The position numbers were made by a program, and so were the translations under genes. Of a stretch of 64,000 bases of DNA, positions 48,461-58,158 are shown one piece after another. How positions within the stretch are numbered: the first letter of the stretch is position 1; every line of letters begins with the position of its first letter. Origin of the DNA: Desulfatiglandales bacterium (GTDB lineage Bacteria > Desulfobacterota > DSM-4660 > Desulfatiglandales > Desulfatiglandaceae). Location: NCBI GenBank assembly GCA_963662465.1, contig OY759599.1:192001-256000 (forward strand), given 5' to 3'. The notes beneath the pieces were generated by a model. The model was not told the origin of the DNA. It was given only the letters and a program-made list of their open reading frames with translations, and searched no databases.

Positions 48461-51190
48461 GTGCATAATCATGAGCAGTTTAAACATCTGGCGGAATGTT
48501 CTCCGTTCGGCATGTCCATTTCCAATGAGGAACTGGTGATTGAATATGTGAACCCCATGTTTACCGAGATTTTCGGGTATGAACTCCAAGATGTTCCCAC
48601 CAAGGAAGTCTGGTTTCAAAAGGCGTACCCGGATGAGGCTTATCGAGAGATGGTGTTCCGGGCATGGAAGGCCGATTCGGAAATTGCACGAGAGACCGGC
48701 AATTTGGAATTCCGAGTTTTCAGGGTGCGGTGTAAAGACGGCAGCGATAAGATGATTCGATTCAGGGCCGTTGATCTTGGAAATGCCAGGCAGCTTCTAA
48801 CCTATGAGGATAAAACCTCCGAGATGGTGGTTGAAGAAGCGCTCAAGGTATCGGAAGAGGCCTCAAAACATGAAGCCGCCAAACTCTCTTCCATGATCTC
48901 CGGTATGGAAGAGGGGGTTGTTTTTGCAGACAGCGATAACCGGATTGTGGAAGTCAACGCCTATTTCTGCAATTTTGTGGGGAGTTCCAGAAAAGATATT
49001 CTGAGCAAAAGGCTTGAGGATATTCATTCGGGAAAAATTCTGAAAACAGTGATGGGGCATGTGAAAGAATTTCGGAAAAACCCCGAATCAAAGGCTGTCG
49101 TCATTCAAAGGGCCATTGGGGATGCGGAAACCATCCTTCGGGTTCAGCCCATATACCGGGAAAAAAACTATGACGGCGTACTCTTAAATGTCATCAATGT
49201 GACCGAACTGGTGCGGGCCCGACGTGAGGCCGAAGCCGCCAGTATGGCCAAAGGTCAGTTCCTGGCCAATATGAGCCATGAAATTAGAACCCCCATGAAT
49301 GCCGTCATCGGTATGACCGGTCTATTGCTGGACACGGAACTTGACCCTGAGCAACGGGAATATGCCGAGACCGTGAGAATGGCTGGAAATGGACTGCTCA
49401 CCCTGATTAACGATATCCTTGATTTTTCAAAGATAGAGTCGGGCAAACTGGAATTCGAGGAAATCGGCTTTGATCTCCGTTGTGTGGTAGAGGGGGTCGG
49501 CGAAATGATGGCGCCCGTTGCTCAGGCCAAAGGCGTTGAATTCACGTGTTTTGTGGACCCGTTCAGCGAAGTCAGACTGCTGGGGGATCCGGAACGGTTG
49601 CGGCAGATTCTGGTGAACCTGTCCGGGAACGCGGTTAAATTCACGGAAAAGGGGAATGTGGATATCCATTCGAAAATGTTGCGTGAAGAGGGTAGCCTGG
49701 CCGTGATTCGGTTCGCCGTAAGCGATACCGGCATCGGCATTCCCATGGACCGGTTGGATGCCGTATTCAGCAGTTTTACCCAGGTGGACGGTAGTACGAC
49801 ACGCCGGTTTGGCGGCACGGGCCTGGGACTCAGTATTTCAAAACGGCTGGTGGAATTGATGGGGGGGCAGATCGGTGTAGAGAGTGAAAAGGGCAAAGGG
49901 AGTACCTTCTGGTTCAGCATTCCCTTTGAAAAACAGGATAAAAGCAAAACACTCCCCATGAAAACCCGCCAAAGCGTCAGGGGAACCCATATCCTGATTG
50001 TGGACGACAATGCCACCAATCGCACTATTTTGAATAAAACCCTGGTTTCCTTTGGGTGTTTCCCTGAAGAGGTCGAAGGCGGACGGGATGCATTGGACCT
50101 GGTGAATCTGAGGATGTTGGAGGATCGTCCTTTTGATGCCATTTTGCTGGACCACCAGATGCCGGAAATGGATGGTGAAGATGTGGCCCGTGCCTTCCGT
50201 TCCCAACCCCGTTTGGATCATACCCGTATTTTGATCCTCACTTCCGTAGGAGAGCGGGGCGATGCGCGTCGGTTTAAAGAACTGGGTTGCGACGCTTACC
50301 TCACCAAGCCGGTTCGTCAATCCCAGCTTTTGGACGCCCTGGCCGAGACCCTGGTGGACCCCGATGGCGAGGATGATGCTGAGCAGAAGGTGCAGGGGAC
50401 GGGCATCATTACCCGACACAGCATGGTGGAGGATTCCGTGCGAGGGGCACGGGTGCTTCTGGCGGAAGATAATCTGGTCAATCAGAAGGTGGCGCTTCGC
50501 ATTATTGAAAAGGCCGGTCACAAGGTGGATGTGGCGGGTAACGGCAAAGAGGCTTTGGAAGCGCTCAAAAATGCATCCTATGATATGGTCTTTATGGATG
50601 TTCAGATGCCGGAAATGGATGGATATGCGGCAACCCGTGAAATACGGAAGATGGCACAGGAATACAGGGAGTTGCCCGTAATTGCCATGACGGCCCATGC
50701 CATGAAGGGCGATCGGGAAAAGTGTATTGCATCCGGCATGGACGACTATCTTTCCAAACCGGTGAGCCCCAAAGGGTTGCTGGATATGGTTCAGCGTTGG
50801 GCAGGGAAAAAAGTACTCAGGCCATCGGTGGGGATCGATCGGTTTCAATCCGATGCCGGCCTCCCAGTGGACATGAGGCGGTTGTGGGGATTAACCGGCG
50901 GGGATAAAGAGTTTGAAAACGAAATCATAGATCTTTTCCTTAAAGATACGCCGCTTCAGTTGATGCGGCTGGAAGCGGCCATTAGCGAGGGGAATTCAAC
51001 GCATGTGGAAGAGGCAGCCCATTCCATCAAAGGCGCCGCGGCCAATATGGGCGCTGAAGCGTTCCGTAAACTGGCCCATGCTCTTGAGCTAAAAGGGAAG
51101 GCAGTCTCCCTTCAGGGGGCGGCCCGGGATTTCGCTGATCTAAAATCAGCTTTTAAGGAAGTCGAACGGTTTTTTGAGGAATCGGCATGA
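48461..51190 (+). CDS. hybrid histidine kinase (2 PAS, HisKA, HATPase, 2 REC, HPt)
   Basis: [17 protein letters not shown], two REC domains and AHSIKG HPt; GGAGG before GTG 48461. Confidence 0.92.
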   Translation: MHNHEQFKHLAECSPFGMSISNEELVIEYVNPMFTEIFGYELQDVPTKEVWFQKAYPDEAYREMVFRAWKADSEIARETGNLEFRVFRVRCKDGSDKMIRFRAVDLGNARQLLTYEDKTSEMVVEEALKVSEEASKHEAAKLSSMISGMEEGVVFADSDNRIVEVNAYFCNFVGSSRKDILSKRLEDIHSGKILKTVMGHVKEFRKNPESKAVVIQRAIGDAETILRVQPIYREKNYDGVLLNVINVTELVRARREAEAASMAKGQFLANMSHEIRTPMNAVIGMTGLLLDTELDPEQREYAETVRMAGNGLLTLINDILDFSKIESGKLEFEEIGFDLRCVVEGVGEMMAPVAQAKGVEFTCFVDPFSEVRLLGDPERLRQILVNLSGNAVKFTEKGNVDIHSKMLREEGSLAVIRFAVSDTGIGIPMDRLDAVFSSFTQVDGSTTRRFGGTGLGLSISKRLVELMGGQIGVESEKGKGSTFWFSIPFEKQDKSKTLPMKTRQSVRGTHILIVDDNATNRTILNKTLVSFGCFPEEVEGGRDALDLVNLRMLEDRPFDAILLDHQMPEMDGEDVARAFRSQPRLDHTRILILTSVGERGDARRFKELGCDAYLTKPVRQSQLLDALAETLVDPDGEDDAEQKVQGTGIITRHSMVEDSVRGARVLLAEDNLVNQKVALRIIEKAGHKVDVAGNGKEALEALKNASYDMVFMDVQMPEMDGYAATREIRKMAQEYRELPVIAMTAHAMKGDREKCIASGMDDYLSKPVSPKGLLDMVQRWAGKKVLRPSVGIDRFQSDAGLPVDMRRLWGLTGGDKEFENEIIDLFLKDTPLQLMRLEAAISEGNSTHVEEAAHSIKGAAANMGAEAFRKLAHALELKGKAVSLQGAARDFADLKSAFKEVERFFEESA

Positions 51191-51612
51191 TCATTTTTAA
51201 TGGAAAATATTCCTGGGATGGTAAAAAAGATGGTAACTATAAGCCGGTAAGTTGGTGGCCCGGTTCTCACTATCTGACCATTGTTGATTTTTCTCTCGAA
51301 AAACCGGATGTGGTGATGCTCAAGCCTGTCATTGTCCTGGCGGCGGAAACGAAAGAGGGATATTCCATTGAAAAACGTTATCAGGATCTCATCATTTGCG
51401 TATGCAGGGAATTTAATCTTGATATTCCAAAGGTACTTTGGGTGAAATATAATCGTGACGCTGAAAATGAGATGAAGGTTGCGGTTCTTAAGTTGTTGTC
51501 CCGAATCGGCCCCAACGTTTTGTATGATCTCAAGTGGCGATTGTTAATGCCCAATGAGAGGAAACTGATTGATGCGATTCGGCTGATGTCGTTCAAGCCG
51601 GTTGAAGTCTAA
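51187..51612 (+). CDS. hypothetical protein
   Basis: 141 aa; ATGA overlap with the kinase gene. Confidence 0.65.
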   Translation: MIIFNGKYSWDGKKDGNYKPVSWWPGSHYLTIVDFSLEKPDVVMLKPVIVLAAETKEGYSIEKRYQDLIICVCREFNLDIPKVLWVKYNRDAENEMKVAVLKLLSRIGPNVLYDLKWRLLMPNERKLIDAIRLMSFKPVEV

Positions 51613-51631
51613 CGGTACGGAGATAAATAAA

Positions 51632-52540
51632 ATGCAATTAGCCATGATCGGTCTGGGTCGCATGGGAATGAATATGGCCGGACGTCTTCTGCTGGAAGGC
51701 CACCGGGTGGTGGCCTACAATCGAACGGTGGAGAAGACGGATCAGCTGGTGAAAGACGGCGCCATCGGCGCCTATTCACTTTCCGAGGTGGTGAAGGCGC
51801 TATCTCCGCCCCGTATCGTGTGGATCATGTTGCCCGCAGGGTCTTTGGTGGATGCGCATCTGGAACAGTTCCGCGAAAGCCTGTCTTCGGGGGATATCAT
51901 CATCGATGGCGGGAATACCCGTTACAAAGACGATATCCGACGTGCCCGATTCCTGGGTGAAAAAGGGATTCAATTCGTTGATGTGGGGGTGAGCGGCGGT
52001 ATCTGGGGATTGAAGAACGGATATTGTTTGATGCTGGGGGGAGATCCGGAAACCTGCCGATTTCTCGACCCCATTTTCAAGTCCCTTGCCCCGAAAGAGG
52101 GGTATCTTCACTGTGGCGACACGGGAGCAGGACATTTTGTGAAAATGGTCCACAACGGTATCGAGTACGGTTTAATGCAGGCTTACGGCGAAGGGTTTGA
52201 AATGCTGAAAGCCTCTCCCTATTCGGACTCCCTGAACTTTGAGGACGTTGCGCACTTATGGAATCAGGGGAGCGTGGTTCGGTCGTGGCTGCTGGAACTG
52301 ATGGTATCCGCCTTTAGCAAAGATCCGCGCCTGGCCAATATCAGAGGCGTTGTGGCGGATTCCGGTGAGGGACGTTGGACCATTGAGCAAGCCGTTGAAT
52401 CCGGCGTGTCCGTTCCGGTGATTGCTTTGTCGCTCATGGCCCGCTTTCGCTCTCAGACTGATGATGCTTTTTCAGACCGGGTGGTTGCGGCCCTCAGGCA
52501 AGAGTTCGGGGGGCATGCCATCCTGAAAAAGACGCCATGA
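51632..52540 (+). CDS. gnd: 6-phosphogluconate dehydrogenase (decarboxylating, short form)
   Basis: IGLGRMG, DGGN, GVSGG, KMVHNGIEYG, DSGEGRW and FGGH motifs. Confidence 0.93.
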   Translation: MQLAMIGLGRMGMNMAGRLLLEGHRVVAYNRTVEKTDQLVKDGAIGAYSLSEVVKALSPPRIVWIMLPAGSLVDAHLEQFRESLSSGDIIIDGGNTRYKDDIRRARFLGEKGIQFVDVGVSGGIWGLKNGYCLMLGGDPETCRFLDPIFKSLAPKEGYLHCGDTGAGHFVKMVHNGIEYGLMQAYGEGFEMLKASPYSDSLNFEDVAHLWNQGSVVRSWLLELMVSAFSKDPRLANIRGVVADSGEGRWTIEQAVESGVSVPVIALSLMARFRSQTDDAFSDRVVAALRQEFGGHAILKKTP

Positions 52541-54042
52541 CGGAAAGGCTTGAATCATGCCTTTGGGAGGGGATTCCTGACCCCTGCATGGTTGTTGTCG
52601 TGGGCGCATCGGGAGACTTGACCGCTAGAAAAATAGTTCCCGCCCTGTTCAATCTTTACCTTAATGGTGGATTGCCGCACCCTTTTTTCGTGGTGGGATG
52701 CGCCCGCACTCAATTGACTACCGAATCTTTCCGGAACAAAATGAAAGAGGCCTTGCGGGAAGCCAATATTTTGGATGAAGCGCAGTGGCGGGGTTTTGCT
52801 TCCCTTTTGTTCTATCATGCCATCGAATATGAGGATCAAGCCTCTTTCGAGGCCCTGGCGGGATATCTTGATCTACAGGATCGGGAATTCGGGACCGGCG
52901 GAAATAAAGTCTTTTACTTGGCCATCCCCCCCTCCCTGTATCCAATTACAGCTGGAATGCTGGGGCGGGCAGGCCTTTCCGCCAAGGGAAAAGGGAAGCG
53001 GGGCTGGGCAAGAATCGTGGTGGAAAAACCCTTTGGCCGTGATCTGAAAACCGCCATCGATCTGGACCGCACCCTTCACAAACATTTTGAGGAGCGCCGG
53101 ATTTTCAGGATTGATCATTACCTGGCCAAGGAAACGGTTCAGAACATCTTGATGTTCCGGTTTGCCAATGCCGTTTTTGAACCCATCTGGAACCGGCGTT
53201 ACATCGATTCCGTGAGCATTATGGCCGCGGAAACCCTTGGGGTGGAACATCGGGCGGGTTATTATGAACAGGCCGGTGTGTTGCGGGATATGTTCCAGAA
53301 CCACATGATGCAGCTTTTGGCCCTTATGGCCATGGATCCGCCCTCCCTGTTTGAAGCGGACCGGGTACGCGACGAGAAATCACGGGTTTATCGAACCCTG
53401 AGGCCTTTTCCAACGGATAACCTGTGGGACTACCTGGTGTTGGGGCAATATGGCGCCGGAACGGTGGATGGAATTCAGGTTCCCGGTTATCGTCAGGAAA
53501 TGGGGGTGAATTTTAATTCCCTGATTCCCACCTTTGCCGGCATGAAAGTCTTTCTGGATAGCTGGCGCTGGCAGGGGGTGCCTTTTTATCTCACCTCGGG
53601 AAAAAGACTGGCCCGAAAATTGACGGAAATCACCATTCGATTCAAGGAGGTTCCCTATTCTCTCTTTCGCAGCACCCTCGGGGAAAATATTACGGCCAAC
53701 CGGTTAATCATGGGGATTTATCCCGAAGAGAAGATTACCCTGACCTTTCAGACCAAGAACCCCGGCGCCCGGGTGTGTTTGAGATCCGCTACCATGGATT
53801 TTCAATACGATCAGAATTATACGGGTCCCGTGCTGGATGCCTATGAAAAAGTACTCCTGGACTGCATGCTGGGGGACCAGATGCTTTTCTGGCGGCAGGA
53901 CGGCCTGGAGTTGTGCTGGTCTTTCCTGACGCCGATTCTGGAGGAGTGCGAGACCTGCAAAGGGAGATCCGGTATGTTGCTGCCGTACGAATCGGGTTCC
54001 TGGGGACCCGAGGCTTCTCAAAGGCTTGGGAGGAGAAAATAA
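52537..54042 (+). CDS. zwf: glucose-6-phosphate dehydrogenase
   Basis: GASGDL, EKPFG, RIDHYLAKE, DMFQNH and RWQGVPFYL motifs. Confidence 0.95.
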   Translation: MTERLESCLWEGIPDPCMVVVVGASGDLTARKIVPALFNLYLNGGLPHPFFVVGCARTQLTTESFRNKMKEALREANILDEAQWRGFASLLFYHAIEYEDQASFEALAGYLDLQDREFGTGGNKVFYLAIPPSLYPITAGMLGRAGLSAKGKGKRGWARIVVEKPFGRDLKTAIDLDRTLHKHFEERRIFRIDHYLAKETVQNILMFRFANAVFEPIWNRRYIDSVSIMAAETLGVEHRAGYYEQAGVLRDMFQNHMMQLLALMAMDPPSLFEADRVRDEKSRVYRTLRPFPTDNLWDYLVLGQYGAGTVDGIQVPGYRQEMGVNFNSLIPTFAGMKVFLDSWRWQGVPFYLTSGKRLARKLTEITIRFKEVPYSLFRSTLGENITANRLIMGIYPEEKITLTFQTKNPGARVCLRSATMDFQYDQNYTGPVLDAYEKVLLDCMLGDQMLFWRQDGLELCWSFLTPILEECETCKGRSGMLLPYESGSWGPEASQRLGRRK

Positions 54043-54201
54043 CCCGATTACGCCTGTTATTCGTCCTTCAGTCGTCACGCTAAACCGATTCCTTACGGGA
54101 GATGAAGGGGAGAGGGCGGTTCGGGGGGATTTTCCTTGATGATGGTCTCTGTAATCGCTATCATTAAAGAAGCCGATCATGAAAATCACGGGAGGAACGC
54201 C

Positions 54202-54765
54202 ATGGACAAGGAATTGACTGCTTTTATTGAAAAAACCATACAAGAGAAGGTTGATAGCCTTGTTGACAGGAAGGTAAGGGAAGCCCTTAAAGCGCAGGGG
54301 GAACAGAATCGTGCGGCCTTCATTGCTTCCAAAGGGACCCTGGATATGGCGTATCCCCCGCTGATTCTGGCGGCGAGTTGCGCGGCCATGGATATGGAAG
54401 CATCCATCTTTTTCACCTTTTATGGACTCGACATTATCAACAAGAAGAAAAATACAAACCTTAAGGTCCCTCCTCTGGCCAATCCCGCCATGCCCATGCC
54501 TGTCCCCAATATTGTGGGTGTATTGCCGGGGATGACCGCCATGGCCACCATGATGATGAACAAATGGATGAAAGCGCAGAATGTGTCAAGTATCCCTGAG
54601 TTTTTGAAGATTTGTATCGAGTCGGGCGTCAAAATGATCGCATGTCAGATGACCATGGATGTCATGGGTATCAAGAGATCGGATCTCATCGACGAAATAG
54701 AGGTTGGGGGTGCCGCCACATTTTTGGAATTCGCCTCTCGTTCCAACATTACCCTGTTTGTCTGA
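54202..54765 (+). CDS. DsrE/DsrF/DrsH-like protein (DsrE2-type)
   Basis: SKGTLDMAYPPLILA, FFTFYGL, ACQMTMDVMG and GGAATFL motifs. Confidence 0.87.
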   Translation: MDKELTAFIEKTIQEKVDSLVDRKVREALKAQGEQNRAAFIASKGTLDMAYPPLILAASCAAMDMEASIFFTFYGLDIINKKKNTNLKVPPLANPAMPMPVPNIVGVLPGMTAMATMMMNKWMKAQNVSSIPEFLKICIESGVKMIACQMTMDVMGIKRSDLIDEIEVGGAATFLEFASRSNITLFV

Positions 54766-54775
54766 AAAAGGATCG

Positions 54776-54865
54776 TTACAGGTCAAGGGGGACAAGTTCA
54801 AAAGCCCGTTTCACAGCCTGACGCATATTTTCGTAGGTTGCAGGGTAAATCATTACCTTGGACAT
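54776..54865 (-). pseudogene. 29-codon 5' remnant resembling the N-terminus of DUF362 Fe-S proteins
   Basis: GGGAG RBS, then MSKVMIYPATYENMRQAVKRAFELVPLDL*; the family assignment is from memory. Confidence 0.45.
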
Positions 54866-54935
54866 GTTTCGGATCTCCCTTTTCGCTTCTCGCCCCATTA
54901 TGCCGCTCTTTTCGGAAAGCCATCAAGTTCAAGGC

Positions 54936-55727
54936 TCAAATGAAAGCCGCCAGTCGTTCGTTGAATGCCTGTGCATTGGTCAAGAAGGGTGCATGCCCCT
55001 TGCCGGAGAAAGTGTGGATTTGGGTGTTGGGGATCATATGAGCCAGACATTGCCCCGCTTTCGGCGAACAAACTGCATCATTCTCCCCGTGTAGGATCAG
55101 GGTGGGAATTTTAACTTGATCAAGCATGGGCCGTAAATCGGCGGATCCGGCGTTGCCCACGCTTTCCAGAGCAATCGGCGCTGTTGTTTGCTGCGTGATG
55201 GCGTGAATTTCATCCTTCAGCGCCTCAATGTTCGGTTCGGGGAACATCATTTCCACAAAACCGCGGGCGCCCGCGCTGAAATCGCTCTGGAGAGCGCCCG
55301 CAAGCTGATCGGCGGTTTCCGGCGGTATCGAATGTTCAAAAATATCAGGCGGCGCTATTAGAAGCGGTGTACTGTCCACAAGCACCAATTTTGACAGTGC
55401 TTCCGGTCGGGACGCTGCGTAAGCAATTCCGATAGCGCCGCCCATGGACCAGCCGATTAATATGGGTTTATCCAGATTAAGATGTTCAATCAGCGCATCC
55501 AGGTCGTCAAGCCAAAGATCCGGGGTGTATGCCAGGCCGTCCGGTTTGGCGGATTGTCCATACCCTGTCAGATCAAAAGTGACCACCCTATTATTTCTTG
55601 AAAAGTAGGGAGCCTGTTTTCGCCATACATCGCTGCTCGCCATCCAGCCGTGAACAAACAGCAGGGTCGGTTCCCCCTCGCCTTGCACTTCATAGTATAA
55701 GTTTTTTCCCGCTTTCTCCAAAAACAT
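54936..55727 (-). CDS. alpha/beta hydrolase
   Basis: HGW, GWSMGG nucleophile elbow, HGEND and GHAPF motifs. Confidence 0.9.
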   Translation of the reverse strand: MFLEKAGKNLYYEVQGEGEPTLLFVHGWMASSDVWRKQAPYFSRNNRVVTFDLTGYGQSAKPDGLAYTPDLWLDDLDALIEHLNLDKPILIGWSMGGAIGIAYAASRPEALSKLVLVDSTPLLIAPPDIFEHSIPPETADQLAGALQSDFSAGARGFVEMMFPEPNIEALKDEIHAITQQTTAPIALESVGNAGSADLRPMLDQVKIPTLILHGENDAVCSPKAGQCLAHMIPNTQIHTFSGKGHAPFLTNAQAFNERLAAFI

Positions 55728-55909
55728 GATCCGCTCCTTTCTCACAAATGAGTTATCAACGTTTCAAGATGCTAGCACATTCTTTGTATGAATGTAAGTA
55801 TCACGTGGTATCCTGCCCGAAATATCGTTACAATCCTTCTCCATTGGGTTTGATCTGCTCAGCTAAACAAAACAGGGCGATACAAATCGCTGTTTTCTGG
55901 GATACATGC

Positions 55910-55938
55910 TTGACCAACTTGATCTAAATAGCTATATT
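55910..55938 (+). promoter_or_regulatory. possible sigma-70 promoter of the sigma-54 activator gene
   Basis: TTGACC-N17-TATATT. Confidence 0.45.
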
Positions 55939-55952
55939 CGGCCATTGCTTTT

Positions 55953-57371
55953 ATGGAATCAGGAGTGGGCAACGATTATCAATCCTTTGGACCCAATCGC
56001 CTCAACCTATTGGATATGAAAAATTCTTCGCAAGGTCCATGCCAACAGGCCGGTCGCATCTTTGTGGTGGACGACGATCCGGTTTCCCTGCGAAACCTGC
56101 GTCGCATCCTGGAAAAAGCCGGACACAAGGTATATACTTACAGCAATCCACTCAGGGCCCTGACCCGGCTGGAACAAGAGTCTTGCGACCTTCTCATCAC
56201 CGACCTGAAAATGCCTTACATGAACGGTCTGGATCTGTTTAACCGGATGCAACGTGCCCACCCTTCTCTGGAAGGTATCATTATTACGGGATACGCGAGT
56301 CTGGAAGGCGCGGTAGAAGCGACCAAGGAAGGGGTTTTTCATTATCTGGCCAAACCGTTTGACCCGGATCAGTTGAGAGACCTCGTAGGCCAGGCCCTGG
56401 AACACATCCTTCGGGAACCTCTGTCCGAGTCCCTGCCTGGTCCCGTTATGATTGGAAACAGTCCCGGAATGGCCCGCCTCAAAGAGATGGTGGCTCAAAT
56501 TGCCCCCGCTGAGTGCAGTGTCCTCATTACGGGGGAATCGGGTACGGGAAAGGAGTTGGTGGCGCGCTCCATTCACGCGCTGAGCCCCCGCGCCGCCGGT
56601 CCGTTCGTGGCCTTCAACTGCGGAGCCTTCAGTGAAGATCTCATCGCAAACGAACTTTTCGGTCACGAAAAAGAGGCCTTTACCGGCGCTCACAGCAGAA
56701 AAGCCGGACTCATAGAAAATGCGGAAGGCGGCACCCTCTTCCTGGATGAAATCGGAGATATGCCCTTTTCCATGCAAGTGAAATTGCTCCGCGTCATTCA
56801 GGAGCGTGAGATCCTTCGGGTCGGTTCATCTCACCCCATTGCGGTAAATGTCAGGTTCCTGGCCGCCACCGCCAAAGACCTCAAGAGTGCCGTGAGGGAA
56901 GGGGCTTTTCGGCAGGATCTTTATTTTCGTCTCAATGTGTTTGAAATTCACATCCCTCGACTCTCGGAACGGCAGCAGGATATTCCCTTGCTGGCCTATC
57001 ACATCTTGCGCAAATTTCTCCACCAGACTGAAAAGCGGATTCAGGGGATTTCAGCCGAGACCCTGGAACTCCTGAAGTCCTATCCATATCCCGGAAATGT
57101 CAGAGAGCTGGAAAATATCCTTGAAAGGGCCGTCGCTGTGTGCAACGGAAAAACCATCCGGGTCAAAGACCTGCCTTCCGACCTGGCGAACCTGAATCTC
57201 TATACCTATGAACGCGCAGATGGTTCACTTTTAAATCTGGAAGAATTGGAACGGGACTATATCCGCCATATCCTCAACCTTACCGGGGGCATCCGTGTTC
57301 GTGCCGCTGAAATCTTAGGCATTGACAGGGCCAGTTTGTGGCGAAAGATAAAAAAATACGACCTGGAATAG
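55953..57371 (+). CDS. sigma-54-dependent response regulator
   Basis: REC, GESGTGKE, EAFTGA, YPGNVRELEN and HTH; alternative start 56016. Confidence 0.92.
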   Translation: MESGVGNDYQSFGPNRLNLLDMKNSSQGPCQQAGRIFVVDDDPVSLRNLRRILEKAGHKVYTYSNPLRALTRLEQESCDLLITDLKMPYMNGLDLFNRMQRAHPSLEGIIITGYASLEGAVEATKEGVFHYLAKPFDPDQLRDLVGQALEHILREPLSESLPGPVMIGNSPGMARLKEMVAQIAPAECSVLITGESGTGKELVARSIHALSPRAAGPFVAFNCGAFSEDLIANELFGHEKEAFTGAHSRKAGLIENAEGGTLFLDEIGDMPFSMQVKLLRVIQEREILRVGSSHPIAVNVRFLAATAKDLKSAVREGAFRQDLYFRLNVFEIHIPRLSERQQDIPLLAYHILRKFLHQTEKRIQGISAETLELLKSYPYPGNVRELENILERAVAVCNGKTIRVKDLPSDLANLNLYTYERADGSLLNLEELERDYIRHILNLTGGIRVRAAEILGIDRASLWRKIKKYDLE

Positions 57372-57374
57372 ACC

Positions 57375-57479
57375 ATTCGTTTTTGAAACGGAACCGTTCG
57401 ATTCTGCAACATTTCATTCTTATCCTCTTTTCTACGGGGAAAACGGCCTCCATGCGGGGCTACAGTTTCATTTCGCAAC
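57375..57479. promoter_or_regulatory. three candidate enhancer (UAS) sites
   Basis: ATTCGTTTTTGAAAC 57375-57389, GTTCGATTCTGCAAC 57396-57410 and GTTTCATTTCGCAAC 57465-57479. Confidence 0.55.
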
Positions 57480-57555
57480 GTTTTAATCCCCAACCCCGTT
57501 GGCGAAAGCCCCTATTACATTAATATTTTCAATAAATTATCCGCAAATCTTCCGA

Positions 57556-57571
57556 TGGCACAATCTTTGCT
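57556..57571 (+). promoter_or_regulatory. sigma-54 (-24/-12) promoter
   Basis: TGGCAC-AATCT-TTGCT, an exact consensus match, upstream of the USP gene. Confidence 0.85.
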
Positions 57572-57606
57572 GTACTGTTTTCACAATCAGTATCAAGGGT
57601 GGACCC

Positions 57607-58065
57607 ATGTTTAAAAAAAACCTACTTGTCTTTGAAAATGAGAAGGTGTGCCAGGCGGCATTGACCTATGCGCGTGAGCTTGCGCTGAGGATGGATTCAG
57701 AAGTCACTTTTCTGATGTTGGTGGAAATTTCTTTCCCCGATCGATCTTTCCTCGGTTCGAAGCGAAACGCGCTGAATGTTCTGGAGGAGAGGGTGGGCAA
57801 AATGCTTTCAAGCTTTTCCTCCCGGTTCCTCAAGGATGGCATAGAGACCAGCATGGCACTCCGGGTGGGAGATCCAGCTCGGGAATTTTTGAAATTTCTG
57901 GCTGAGAAAGATCCCTTTCAAGCCGTCATCTGGGGGAGCGGAGAAAAACTGCCTGACCACCGCCAACTTCCCCGGGGCCACTGGCTTACCAAGGTGATTA
58001 CAACCCTTGAGTGTCCTCTGCTCACGGTAAGCAGTAAGGGAGTGAAAAAAATGGGGCCCCCATAG
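57607..58065 (+). CDS. universal stress protein-like
   Basis: ALTYARELA, VGDPA, WGS and LECPLLTV, a USP-fold pattern. Confidence 0.7.
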   Translation: MFKKNLLVFENEKVCQAALTYARELALRMDSEVTFLMLVEISFPDRSFLGSKRNALNVLEERVGKMLSSFSSRFLKDGIETSMALRVGDPAREFLKFLAEKDPFQAVIWGSGEKLPDHRQLPRGHWLTKVITTLECPLLTVSSKGVKKMGPP

Positions 58066-58158
58066 AGTGCAAACAACGAGATTTTTTGCGGCAAACAAGA
58101 AAACACCGGCGCAAAGCGCCATAAACCCATAACGCCAATACAATTCGGGGACTTCTTT

